From Candidatus Obscuribacteraceae bacterium (GTDB taxonomy: Bacteria; Cyanobacteriota; Vampirovibrionia; Obscuribacterales; Obscuribacteraceae): a stretch of 64,000 bases of DNA. Below the pieces are notes generated by a model. The model was not told the DNA's origin, ran no database searches, and saw only the letters and a program-made list of their open reading frames with translations. Where the stretch lies: contig JBGASG010000002.1 in the NCBI GenBank assembly GCA_044229845.1, forward strand, positions 416,001-480,000, in the 5' to 3' direction. Every line of letters starts with the position of its first letter. Position 1 is the stretch's first letter. The translations under genes were made by a program, and so were the position numbers. Of this stretch, positions 20,110 through 29,554 are shown in pieces.

Positions 20110-22649
20110 CAAGTTCCGACCTTTCCGAAAAACCCGCCCAGTTCGTCCTCGAACCGGCAAAGCTAGACTTCAGGAGCATCAAGACTCAGTTTCTTGCGGG
20201 TTTGATTCTGGTCTTCGTCGCAGCTCTGGCATTGTATGGAAAAACGCTGGGCATCGGCTTTCTGGGTGATGACTTCTTGCACCTCGACTATGTCTACCGC
20301 GCCTTTCAAGATGACTGGCAGCCTTTTTTGAACAACTTCACCGGCAACTGGGCCGGTTCGGAGGTGATGAAGAGCTATCGTCCGCTGACGTCGCTCTCCA
20401 TCTTCCTGGACTATTTTTTCTGGCGAAGCAATGGAGTCGGATACCACATCACTAACGTGTTGCTTCTCTTTGGATGCGCGCTGCTCACGGGACTAATTAC
20501 GCTGGAGTTGACGGGTCCAAGCGGCAACCGCCTCGGCGGCACAGCCGCCATCTGGAGCGCCATTCTATTCATTGCCTATCCTCTGCACGCCGAACCCGTT
20601 GCCTGGATGATAGGACGCGTCGACCTGCTATGCACCTTGTTCTATCTGGCCGCCGTCTTCTGTTATCTTCGCTACCGACTGCTGCGCGAACCGGCTTATC
20701 TGACCGGATCCTTCATCTGGTTCTTTGCCGCGCTAGCCAGCAAGGAAATGGCGGTTACACTACCGGCGGTGCTGTTTCTTGCCGAGCTGTTTCTGTTCAA
20801 GCCCGAGAAAGACCCGACCCTGACACAGGAAGAATCCGACCGCGCCGATCGCCGCGCCTCCAAACGCTTTCAATTGATTGCCACCTACTTCCTGGCGCTG
20901 TTCATGTTTGCCACAATTCGCACTCTCATGCTGGGCACTTTGATCGGCGGTTACGGTGATAGTTTCAGCCTGTCAGCCGGATTGCGCAATTTAGCCGACA
21001 AAGCAACGTTGCTCAAAATCATCTATCCCGCCAGCGAAGAACAACCGTTTCTTCCCTGGGTAAAACCGGTTCTGTTCTGTAGTTATCTGGCTTGCCTGTC
21101 ATCCTTTGCGGCGCGCCTGCTGCTCAAGTGCACACGCTGGTCGCCGATACTCTTTTTGATCGGATGGATCGTTGTCGGCGTGATCCCGTCCCTGCAGGTT
21201 TGGCACATCTACCCGAATCTCTCAGGCAGCCGGCTGTTCTTCCTGTCATCGGCGCCGTTATGCATACTGTTGACACTGCTGGCAGTGCCAGCCCTCGACA
21301 CTTTGAAGCGCAAATTCGTCAAGCCGGCTCTAATGGTGTCCCTGATTTCGCTGAGCGTGATCTTTGCGTGCTGGGCTTATTTAGCGGACGGCAACCTGCA
21401 AGTGTGGACCACTGCAGGTCTGCTCATGCGCGACCTGCGCAGACAGGCGATTGTGATGCTGCAAGCGACCAATCCCTATTTCTTCGTCTTGCTGGCCGAC
21501 TTGCCGCCCGATTATAAAGGCGCCATGATGGTGGGGCGCGAACAGTATCTGCGCATTCAATTGCGTCCTCCGATTGCTCCCGGGGACGTCAATGACCGAC
21601 TGCTGACCCTCGAGCCGGTAGGCGCCGGCAGCCGTGAATTCATCTGGCCGGGACAGGTCAAAGATGCCCTGAAATCCCCGATGGTCACTTCATATCGCTG
21701 GTATCCACGCGAAGGAAAGTTCATTCCATTTGGACCCACTTCCGGAGCCGGCGAATATTCTTTTGATGCCAACGAATCGACCGCCGCTCAGCTGAAGTTC
21801 GAGCCGTCCAATGTGGTTTTGTCCAGTGAAGACAAATGGAAGGTCGAAGCCGAACATGCTTCCTGCGCCACCGTGTTGAAGAATATGGTGCGCATTTATC
21901 CCGGCAAGGAAGCGGTAACGGTAATGCTGCCGCGCACCGAGATCGACCCGCGTCAAGCCGGCGTCGTCAGTTTGCACACAGACATCACATCTACCGACGG
22001 CTGCAAGGGATGTTATGCCGACCGCGTGCGCATTTTCTGGGACGCTGAGAGCAATGACGGCACTGTCAAACGATGTTCAGCCCAACTGGTCAACAACGCA
22101 CCGGGATATCTAATGTCCTGGCTCGGCAGATATCGGGACTGGACCCTGGCGAAAAGAATCGTCGATGTCGGTTTGATTCTGGCACCGGGCGAGTATTATG
22201 CGGATTTTCAGCAGTTGCGCCTGATGCCGGCCGAACTGGGAGTGCCGCAGCTGAAAGTAGCGAAACCCTATACGGCGACTACTCTGCAAGTCCTCGAGAA
22301 TCCAAAGGACAATACGGCGCTCGCCTACGACGTCAGCAAAATTCAAGGCGCTCAATCGGCAGTGATGGTCTTTACTAAACCCGGCACCACATTTGATGCC
22401 ACCAGTGAATCCGATGCTCTCTCCAACCGTCCCACCATCGGCGATACCGCCGAGTATTTAGCGGAAGTGCCGCTGGTTGGCGTTAAGGGTATCGCAACCA
22501 TACCGCCGGCGGTGCTTTCCTCTCCCGGCATTCACCAGGCGCGCGTGATCGCCTACAGCGCGGACAAGCTGCCGCGCGGACTGGCAAGTGAACCGGTAAC
22601 ACTACTGATCAGGGAAAAGGAAACGCCAACCGCTAATGAACAAAAATAG
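20106..22649 (+). CDS. Second GT-C type glycosyltransferase paralogue
   Basis: FLGDDF, YRPL, YPLHAEPVAWMIGRVD, ASKEMA; ATGA overlap with the upstream paralogue. Confidence 0.75.
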   Translation: MTSSDLSEKPAQFVLEPAKLDFRSIKTQFLAGLILVFVAALALYGKTLGIGFLGDDFLHLDYVYRAFQDDWQPFLNNFTGNWAGSEVMKSYRPLTSLSIFLDYFFWRSNGVGYHITNVLLLFGCALLTGLITLELTGPSGNRLGGTAAIWSAILFIAYPLHAEPVAWMIGRVDLLCTLFYLAAVFCYLRYRLLREPAYLTGSFIWFFAALASKEMAVTLPAVLFLAELFLFKPEKDPTLTQEESDRADRRASKRFQLIATYFLALFMFATIRTLMLGTLIGGYGDSFSLSAGLRNLADKATLLKIIYPASEEQPFLPWVKPVLFCSYLACLSSFAARLLLKCTRWSPILFLIGWIVVGVIPSLQVWHIYPNLSGSRLFFLSSAPLCILLTLLAVPALDTLKRKFVKPALMVSLISLSVIFACWAYLADGNLQVWTTAGLLMRDLRRQAIVMLQATNPYFFVLLADLPPDYKGAMMVGREQYLRIQLRPPIAPGDVNDRLLTLEPVGAGSREFIWPGQVKDALKSPMVTSYRWYPREGKFIPFGPTSGAGEYSFDANESTAAQLKFEPSNVVLSSEDKWKVEAEHASCATVLKNMVRIYPGKEAVTVMLPRTEIDPRQAGVVSLHTDITSTDGCKGCYADRVRIFWDAESNDGTVKRCSAQLVNNAPGYLMSWLGRYRDWTLAKRIVDVGLILAPGEYYADFQQLRLMPAELGVPQLKVAKPYTATTLQVLENPKDNTALAYDVSKIQGAQSAVMVFTKPGTTFDATSESDALSNRPTIGDTAEYLAEVPLVGVKGIATIPPAVLSSPGIHQARVIAYSADKLPRGLASEPVTLLIREKETPTANEQK

Positions 22650-23775
22650 CGATCTCCCCATCGAAGCAAAGGCGATACGCGTGACGCTCGTCGTTCTGAC
22701 GGCGGCATTGATCGTCTGGCTGAGCTATCAGTTGCGCATCGTCATTATCGATGTATTGTTGGCCGTGATCATAGCCGCTGCTATCGCTCCGGTTGCCGAC
22801 AAAGCCGAGATTAAGAAAATACCGCGCACAGCCACGGTCGCAGCCGTATATATCGTCGTCACCCTGTTCTACGCTGGTGTCGGACTGGCACTGTCTAAGC
22901 CGCTGCGCGAACAGGCTGACCTGTTCAAACAACACCTGCCGCGGTATCACCAACAAGTCAACGACGTCTACGAGCAACTCAAAGAACGCTCCGACGAGTG
23001 GGCTAACCAATATGCCGGCGTGGATCTGTTCGAAGACGAGGCTCCGCAACCGGACGCATCCACGCACGCGCCATCAACGGCGCCTCCTGAGCCGCAGCCA
23101 AAACCGCGTAAACTGGAACCGGGCAAGTTGCAAGACGTAGCCACGCGCGTTGCCCGCGAAACCCTCTCCATCACCGCTGGTCTTTTCGGAGCGCTGCTCA
23201 ACGCCGTGCTGGTTCTTTTTCTGGCTGCTTATTTCGTGGTGGAAGCAAAAGTGATCTGGCATGCCTTGCTGCAATGGGTGCCGCCGGATAAGCGCGAACG
23301 CGCCCGCGGGTTGATTGATCCGCTCGGTTATCGCATGGGTGGATATGTACGCGGACAGGTGCTGGTCAGCACGGCGGTGGCAGCCGTTTTCGGAGTCGGT
23401 TTTACGGTGATCAACCTGCAATACTCATTTGTGCTCGCTATTATGGCCGGTCTATTCAACTTGATTCCATTCGTGGGCTCGATGCTGATTACAGTGCTGG
23501 CAGTTTTGATCGCCGCCAACACAGGCGGTCCAATTTTGATTGCACTGACGCTGGTCGTTTTCGCCTGTGAACAGTTTCTGGAGAGCAACTTCATAGTGCC
23601 GCACCTCTTGGGCAAGCAGGTCGACATGCATCCGTTGCTGGTGTTGCTGGCCATTCTGGTGGGCGGCACACTGGCCGGTGCGCTGGGCGCCATAGTTGCC
23701 GTTCCCGTCACTTCGGCGCTTCTCTATCTGGCGCAAGAGTTTTATGTCAAACCAATTAACGAAACGCCGGCATAA
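22636..23775 (+). CDS. AI-2E family transporter
   Basis: GGYVRGQ, LIPFVG, E.NFIVP.LLGK.VDMHPL motifs. Confidence 0.92.
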   Translation: MNKNSDLPIEAKAIRVTLVVLTAALIVWLSYQLRIVIIDVLLAVIIAAAIAPVADKAEIKKIPRTATVAAVYIVVTLFYAGVGLALSKPLREQADLFKQHLPRYHQQVNDVYEQLKERSDEWANQYAGVDLFEDEAPQPDASTHAPSTAPPEPQPKPRKLEPGKLQDVATRVARETLSITAGLFGALLNAVLVLFLAAYFVVEAKVIWHALLQWVPPDKRERARGLIDPLGYRMGGYVRGQVLVSTAVAAVFGVGFTVINLQYSFVLAIMAGLFNLIPFVGSMLITVLAVLIAANTGGPILIALTLVVFACEQFLESNFIVPHLLGKQVDMHPLLVLLAILVGGTLAGALGAIVAVPVTSALLYLAQEFYVKPINETPA

Positions 23776-23870
23776 CCTCAACATCAACACAACGCGCCGC
23801 CGGCAAGCCGACTTGCCGTAAATGCTCGGCTAAGTCATTATGTTGATAGGGAGTCTTGGGGACCAAAGAT

Positions 23871-24188
23871 ATGCTATGCCCATCGTGCGGTAATGCCGTC
23901 CATTCCGCTCAATGCCCCCAGCAGACGCAGGGACAGCATGGTTCGGGTCTGCGTGCCCAGGTTTTTGAAGTGATTGTCAGACAAGCCATGGCCGGTGCGC
24001 CCTGGCGGGAGATCTGCAGCGGTCCCATGCAGGTCAATCGGATAACCGAAGCAGAGGTGGAAGATGAGATCAGAAAACGAGGCGGCGACTCGGAAAGCGG
24101 AGTCGGCGCTAGAAAACCTACCGGTCCATTTTCGCCGTTCAGTTCAATAATGAAATTCTTTGCCCCCAGAAATCATGACGCTCAATGA
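23871..24188 (+). CDS. Small hypothetical protein with N-terminal CxxC...H...C motif
   Basis: MLCPSCGNAVHSAQCP; fills the gap on the + strand. Confidence 0.6.
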   Translation: MLCPSCGNAVHSAQCPQQTQGQHGSGLRAQVFEVIVRQAMAGAPWREICSGPMQVNRITEAEVEDEIRKRGGDSESGVGARKPTGPFSPFSSIMKFFAPRNHDAQ

Positions 24189-24223
24189 CGCTGGAATCCC
24201 GCTAGTCCCAGGAAGGTCCCACC

Positions 24224-24694
24224 ATGTTATGCAAAGACTGTGCACTAGGTCCCGAATCACAACTGCCGTATTGTGCTCGTTGCGGTGAGCAGATTCATCT
24301 TTTCAGTGATCCGGTCACGGATGAAGAGATAGAAACTGTTTTCTCAAACCTGCTCGGAGTTAAAGTCCCGAAGAACAAAGGCAAGCGCGGCAAGACAAAG
24401 GAAGAAACAGCACCGTGTGCGCACGACGCCACTGCGCTGTTTTCCCAGATCAAAACGGAGTTGCAGGGCATCATCAAGGAAGATGGCTTGAGCGCCGCCT
24501 CGCGGGCTAGCCTAAGCAAGATTCTGCGGTTGATGCATCCACTCAGCCTGGAATTTCGCAAACTCGAAGCACTGGTGCAAATTGCCGATGCTGAAGGACG
24601 CCTGCAGCAAAGCATGTCGCGCGAGTTGCATTGCACGACTGCCGAGCTTCTCAAACCGCGCCCCGATGAAAACGGCGGTCACACCACTTCGTAG
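24224..24694 (+). CDS. Hypothetical protein with N-terminal C4 zinc ribbon
   Basis: CKDC-x10-CARC; GGAAGG RBS; helical C-terminal region. Confidence 0.65.
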   Translation: MLCKDCALGPESQLPYCARCGEQIHLFSDPVTDEEIETVFSNLLGVKVPKNKGKRGKTKEETAPCAHDATALFSQIKTELQGIIKEDGLSAASRASLSKILRLMHPLSLEFRKLEALVQIADAEGRLQQSMSRELHCTTAELLKPRPDENGGHTTS

Positions 24695-24712
24695 ATTCAT
24701 CCCGAACTAAGT

Positions 24713-25468
24713 CTAGCGCGGTCTTGCTTGCGGAACGTCAGGCAATATCGACGGCCGCTCGATCCAAGTCAGATGCCGGTCGCCGCGCTGGATAAAGGCT
24801 TCGGCAAGCGTCATGGTGTTGCTGGCGTCGGGCACGGACATCGCCCATTCATATTCGTCGGGCGTCAGGATTTTGAAAGGCAAAAACCAGATGTCGTTAG
24901 CGTTCACCGTATCGTCCATGGAGAGAATCAGCTGGGCGCGCAGTGTGTCCCCAACATAAGGGATGCCAAAGAGCGCACCCATGAATCCGTTCTGTCCCAC
25001 CAACGACGCCAGCTCAGGCACAGGCGGAACGGCAAGCGTCATGCACCCGAAGTGTTTGAGGCGAGATTTCAGATCAAATCGCTCCGCCACCATCCAGTCG
25101 GTCGCTGCCCAAAGCAACGTCGGCACCCAGCTGCTCGCAATGCCCTCATCACTGCAATCCGGTAAGCGGCGCTTGGGCACCTCGACTGCCGCTTCGAATG
25201 CAAAATCGTACGGAGGCGGTTGCTGATGCAAGGCGCGATCCCACGGGTCCGAGATGCCGTCGGTGGTCACGATCACGCTGTCGCCGCAATCAATGATCCG
25301 CAGTTTGCCGATTGCCTGTGCCGGCCACATGAAGACTTCTGCACCGCCCCCTGTTGTGCGGATGGGCATAGTTCTGGATAGTACTTTCTCGCTCACCTTT
25401 CCCAGGTTATGGAAAGTGTTCTCCCGAGCCTGGGCGCGGTCAGCCAGCAGCTTGGCGTAGTAGTCCAT
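24713..25468 (-). CDS. Hypothetical protein, possibly SUFU-like
   Basis: GAGG RBS; IVTTDGISDPW...FE..VE and K.LTPDEYEWA patterns resemble bacterial Suppressor-of-fused-like domains (from memory). Confidence 0.5.
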   Translation of the reverse strand: MDYYAKLLADRAQARENTFHNLGKVSEKVLSRTMPIRTTGGGAEVFMWPAQAIGKLRIIDCGDSVIVTTDGISDPWDRALHQQPPPYDFAFEAAVEVPKRRLPDCSDEGIASSWVPTLLWAATDWMVAERFDLKSRLKHFGCMTLAVPPVPELASLVGQNGFMGALFGIPYVGDTLRAQLILSMDDTVNANDIWFLPFKILTPDEYEWAMSVPDASNTMTLAEAFIQRGDRHLTWIERPSILPDVPQARPR

Positions 25469-25515
25469 GGTTCCTCAGCTCCCCAAACATTGCGCCGAGC
25501 CGATCATACCTGATG

Positions 25516-25543
25516 AAAAAAACCCGCGGGTGACCGCGGGTTT
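25516..25543 (-). terminator. Intrinsic terminator downstream of the OrfA-like gene
   Basis: Stem AAACCCGCGG-N4-CCGCGGGTTT running into a 7-T tract on the minus strand. Confidence 0.8.
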
Positions 25544-25607
25544 CTGACTGGAATGGCCGATGCCTGGGAGATGGCACCAGGTTTGGGTTTCCATAGGTTT
25601 ATCTGAG

Positions 25608-26096
25608 CTAGGAGGCCGAAACCGTTTCTGAATTGGTTTTGGCGTTAGTGGTCATGGCAAGAGCGCGGCTGAGTGCATCCACTTCCTCTTGCTTGCGGGC
25701 AAGAGCTTCTTCCAGTTCTTGGATTTTGGTTTCCAGATCTTTTACAACGCTGATTGGAACAATCTTGGCGCCCGACTTGACAGTGAGAGCCAGTTCTTCA
25801 GTGAGTTGCCGGCGCCAGGCGAAAAGAAGCCGCGGTGCAATGCCATACTTGCGGGCAACCGCAGAAATACTGGCTCCGGGCCCTTCGGTTTCGCGAACGA
25901 TGGCCTTTTTCTCTTCGTTAGTCCAACGACGTCTGCGATGCACCGCTTTTGGTGCGTCATCGCGCAGATTGAAGGAATGGCGCGATTCGAAAGATGTCGA
26001 TTCCTGTTCTTCTTGTTCGGCTTCTTCTTCCGTTTCTACAGCGGGTATGTACGCCGACTTGTTGAGGTTGAGATCCGAATCATACTGAGCACCCAT
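25608..26096 (-). CDS. Orphan IS3-family (IS2-like) OrfA HTH/leucine-zipper protein with acidic N-terminal extension
   Basis: RRRWTNEEKKAIVRET..PGASISAVARKYGIAP.LLF.WRR plus VP......L...I.EL...L.RK..E...L..A. GGAG RBS before ATG 26096. No OrfB downstream. Confidence 0.8.
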   Translation of the reverse strand: MGAQYDSDLNLNKSAYIPAVETEEEAEQEEQESTSFESRHSFNLRDDAPKAVHRRRRWTNEEKKAIVRETEGPGASISAVARKYGIAPRLLFAWRRQLTEELALTVKSGAKIVPISVVKDLETKIQELEEALARKQEEVDALSRALAMTTNAKTNSETVSAS

Positions 26097-26425
26097 ATCG
26101 TTTATCTCCAAATTTCTAAATCAGGCAGTGGGGTTGTCAAAGCAAGCCTAATCCACGAAATGTGCATCTCGCGAATCGGTTTAATTAGTTCATGTGAACT
26201 GCGACCACTATAAGTTTTACCGCTTCCAGCCCATGTGTAAATGCAGGGTAACCCCGAGTGTTATATGTTGTTCTCAGCAACGCACATGGCCAAAGTGCCC
26301 CGAAACTAACCGGCGAAGCTCAGGTTTTCAGGCGCCAGTGTGGCGGATCAGCTTTCAGAAATTCGTGACATAGGACGTAATCGACTTTTCCACTCGACTT
26401 TGTTGGAAAATCCAGCCAAAGCTGG

Positions 26426-27526
26426 TCAGAAGCCCGACTTAGCGTCCTCTCGCTGCTCGTTTTCCAACAAGCGTGTTGGAAAATTGTCGACTCTGCTATC
26501 AAAAAGCTTTGATGCCTCCATCTCCCGGAGCAGCTTTCCGACCAGTGCTGGGCCTTCGTACACGAGTCCCGTATATAGTTGAACGGCGGACGCGCCCGCC
26601 TGCAAGAAGTCCTGTACATCGGCAGCTGAGCGCACGCCGCCCACTCCGATAATTTGCTGGTTATCAAGTTTTCTCTTGCTCAGTTCCCGGCAGGTAGCAA
26701 CTGAAAGTGCGTGCAGAGGCGGTCCGCTCAGCCCACCTCGACCGATCGCCGACACGATGCTGCCTGAAGTGTGCAAAGCATCTCGTGTTGTTGTCGTATT
26801 GCCGCATACATAGCCAGCCAGAGCAAACTCATCAGCAACCGCGACTATGTCGTCCAACAGCGTTGGCGAACTGTCGGGGGAGACCTTTATAAGAATGGGC
26901 ACTTTGCGCTCGTTGAGCGTCTGCACCTCGAAGAAAATTCGACGCAATTCCTCGCGCTCCTGGATGCAGCCGTCATGCGTGTTAGGGCAGCTGGCATTGA
27001 ACGCGAAATACAGGACGGGCAAATCTTTGACTTGCTTGAATGACACCACGACATCTTTGACTGCTTCATCTCCGACTACATCAGGATGATTTGTTTTGGC
27101 AATGTTGATGCCGATCGGCAAGGACAGTTTCGCCTTTCTCAAACGTGCCGCAACTGCCGCTGCGCCCTCGCCGTTCAAACCCAACCGATTGATCAACGCT
27201 TCGTCAGCCGGCAATCTGAACAGTCTGGGTTTCTCATTGCCCGACGATGGACGTCCGGTCACAGAACCTATTTCCGCGAACCCGAAGCCCATCTCCCCGA
27301 GCACCGAAACCAGCCTACCATTCTTATCAAATCCGGCTGCCAATCCCACCGGATTCGGCACCACCGTTCCAAACAGATTTGTCTTTAATTTCGGTGAACT
27401 ATAAGGGTTTGCCACCGCCCGCACCAATCCGGCGCCGCCAAGGTGCTCCAGAGACCCCGAAACCATATGGTGAGCGGTCTCGGCATCTAGTCTGAATAGG
27501 AAGGGGCGAATGAGTTGTTTGTACAA
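26426..27526 (-). CDS. pyrD: Quinone-dependent dihydroorotate dehydrogenase
   Basis: NPVGLAAGFDKNG, GNEKPRLFRL, NASCPNT, KVSPD, GGLSG, VQLYTGLVYEGP. Confidence 0.95.
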   Translation of the reverse strand: MYKQLIRPFLFRLDAETAHHMVSGSLEHLGGAGLVRAVANPYSSPKLKTNLFGTVVPNPVGLAAGFDKNGRLVSVLGEMGFGFAEIGSVTGRPSSGNEKPRLFRLPADEALINRLGLNGEGAAAVAARLRKAKLSLPIGINIAKTNHPDVVGDEAVKDVVVSFKQVKDLPVLYFAFNASCPNTHDGCIQEREELRRIFFEVQTLNERKVPILIKVSPDSSPTLLDDIVAVADEFALAGYVCGNTTTTRDALHTSGSIVSAIGRGGLSGPPLHALSVATCRELSKRKLDNQQIIGVGGVRSAADVQDFLQAGASAVQLYTGLVYEGPALVGKLLREMEASKLFDSRVDNFPTRLLENEQREDAKSGF

Positions 27527-28323
27527 TCTGGCACCGCCGACAACGGGGCAGTTTCCACATTTGAAGTCTGCTGCAACGATACCTGTTCAGTTTGCGGCGC
27601 GCAAGCGGATTCGCCATCAGTTTCGTCGGCAGACGTGTCCTTGATTATATGTCCGTCCTTTATATGAATGACTCGACGGGCGTGGGAGGCTACTTCGGCA
27701 TCGTGGGTAACGATCACCACGGTGACGCCGCTCTCTACAAGCGCGTTAATCAACCGCATGATGTCAGCGGCTGTATTGCTGTCCAAAGCGCCGGTCGGTT
27801 CGTCGGCGAGTAACAAACGCGGGTTGTTAGCCAGCGCCCGGGCAATCGAAACGCGCTGCTGCTGTCCACCCGACAATTGGTTGGGACGATGGTGCATGCG
27901 CTCAGCCAATCCGACCAACTTCAGACATTCTTTGGCGCGCTCCAATCTATCGGCTTTCTTGACGCCGGCATATGTAAGCGGCAGCATCACGTTTTCCAGT
28001 GCTGTCAGCTGCGGCAAGAGGTTGAACTGTTGAAAAATAAATCCGATGGTTGAGTTGCGCACGGCAGCCAGCGCATCGTCATCGAGAGTCTGCACTTCCT
28101 GATCTTCTAGAAAATATTTCCCGGAGGTCGGCTTGTCGAGACAGCCGACGACATTCATCAGTGTCGACTTGCCTGAACCGGACGTGCCCATGATCGCCAC
28201 ATATTCGCCTTGCTTGATGCGCAAAGAAACGCCACCGAGAGCCTGCAACAACTCAGAGCCCATCAAGTATTCCTTGCGAATATCCGACAATTCGATCAGT
28301 GTTTTTTGGGTTTCCGCAGTCAT
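27487..28323 (-). CDS. ABC transporter ATP-binding protein (MacB/LolD-like)
   Basis: GTSGSGKST, LSGGQQQRV, LLLADEPTGALD, VTHD. Confidence 0.95.
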   Translation of the reverse strand: MTAETQKTLIELSDIRKEYLMGSELLQALGGVSLRIKQGEYVAIMGTSGSGKSTLMNVVGCLDKPTSGKYFLEDQEVQTLDDDALAAVRNSTIGFIFQQFNLLPQLTALENVMLPLTYAGVKKADRLERAKECLKLVGLAERMHHRPNQLSGGQQQRVSIARALANNPRLLLADEPTGALDSNTAADIMRLINALVESGVTVVIVTHDAEVASHARRVIHIKDGHIIKDTSADETDGESACAPQTEQVSLQQTSNVETAPLSAVPDCTNNSFAPSYSD

Positions 28324-29552
28324 CAGTCGGTCCTCAAAGCAATAATGGGATCCAGGCGAGCCGCTCGGTTTGCGGGATAGATGCCGAAGAACAATCCGAT
28401 GCAGAGCGCCACTGCGAAGGAGATGACGATCGATTCGTTGGAGACAACGGCCGTCCAGTTGGCAAAGCTGGTGATGGCTTGCGAGCCGGCGATACCAACA
28501 ATGATGCCGAGGACACCTCCGGCAAGCGACAGGCAGGTTGCTTCCAGAACAAACTGCATCAGAATGTGCCAGTAGCGAGCCCCGATCGCCTTGCGAATGC
28601 CGATCTCTCGCGTCCGCTCGCTCACAGAGACAAGCATTATGTTCATGATACCGATGCCACCAACCAGCAGCGAGATACTGGCTGTGGCGCCGAGCAAGAG
28701 TGAGAAAATCTGCGTTACTTGATCAGCGGTTTGCATGATGTCTTGTTGGGTGCGCAGCATAAAATCATCTTCCAGCGGCGGCTGTATATTGTGCCGCAGA
28801 CGCAACAGGTTGGTTATCTGAAACTGCGCCGAATCCACCTCTTCTTCAGATTTTGCCTTGACTAAAATCTGGCGGACATTGCGTCCCGTCACCGTGTTCA
28901 ATCCGAACAACGTGTTATAACCAGTCGTCAGCGGTACAAAGACACAATCATCCATGTCGCCCATGGCACCGGCACCTTTGCCCTCCATGACACCTATCAC
29001 TTCAAACAATTCGCCTCGAATCAAAATCGTTTTGCCAATCGGATCTTCTCTGCCGAAAAGGTTGGTGACCACCGTGGTGCCGAGCACCGCAACCCGTGCG
29101 GCTTGCTGCACTTCGGCATCGCTAAAGAACCGGCCGCGCTGCGCATAGAAGTTGCGGATATCCTGGTGACTCGGTTCGGTACCTGTAACCTGGGTGTTAG
29201 TATTGTTGGGACCATACTGAATCTGGTAGCTGGCATTGTAAACCGGCGCCACATCGGCGACGGCCGGCACCGAGTTTTTGATAGCCAGCGCATCATCATA
29301 GGTCAAAGTCGCAGAGCTGCCGCCACCCATGGCGATTCCACCTGAGCTTGCCTGTCCGGGTCGGATAGTGATCAAGTTGACTCCCAGGGATTGAATCTGC
29401 TTCTGCGCCTGCACTTGCGCACCTTTGCCGACTGCCAGAAGGGTGATTACGGAACCGATGCCGATCACGATGCCCAGCACGGTCAATCCGGTGCGCAGCT
29501 TGTTGCTGATCAAGCCTTGCCAGGCGATTAAGACAAGTTCGCTGAATGACAC
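28323..29552 (-). CDS. ABC transporter permease (MacB-like)
   Basis: NKLRTGLTVLGIVIG, GGIGIMNIMLVSVSERTREIGIRKAIGA, AARLDPI.AL. Confidence 0.95.
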   Translation of the reverse strand: MSFSELVLIAWQGLISNKLRTGLTVLGIVIGIGSVITLLAVGKGAQVQAQKQIQSLGVNLITIRPGQASSGGIAMGGGSSATLTYDDALAIKNSVPAVADVAPVYNASYQIQYGPNNTNTQVTGTEPSHQDIRNFYAQRGRFFSDAEVQQAARVAVLGTTVVTNLFGREDPIGKTILIRGELFEVIGVMEGKGAGAMGDMDDCVFVPLTTGYNTLFGLNTVTGRNVRQILVKAKSEEEVDSAQFQITNLLRLRHNIQPPLEDDFMLRTQQDIMQTADQVTQIFSLLLGATASISLLVGGIGIMNIMLVSVSERTREIGIRKAIGARYWHILMQFVLEATCLSLAGGVLGIIVGIAGSQAITSFANWTAVVSNESIVISFAVALCIGLFFGIYPANRAARLDPIIALRTD

Positions 29553-29554
29553 GG

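Noticed and set aside
25608..26111. Intact IS element
   Set aside because: No catalytic transposase frame, terminal inverted repeats or target duplication found.
26225..26295. Possible structured RNA (CCATGTG...CACATGG) upstream of the OrfA-like gene
   Set aside because: Only a 7-bp inverted repeat with no recognisable riboswitch or ncRNA consensus.
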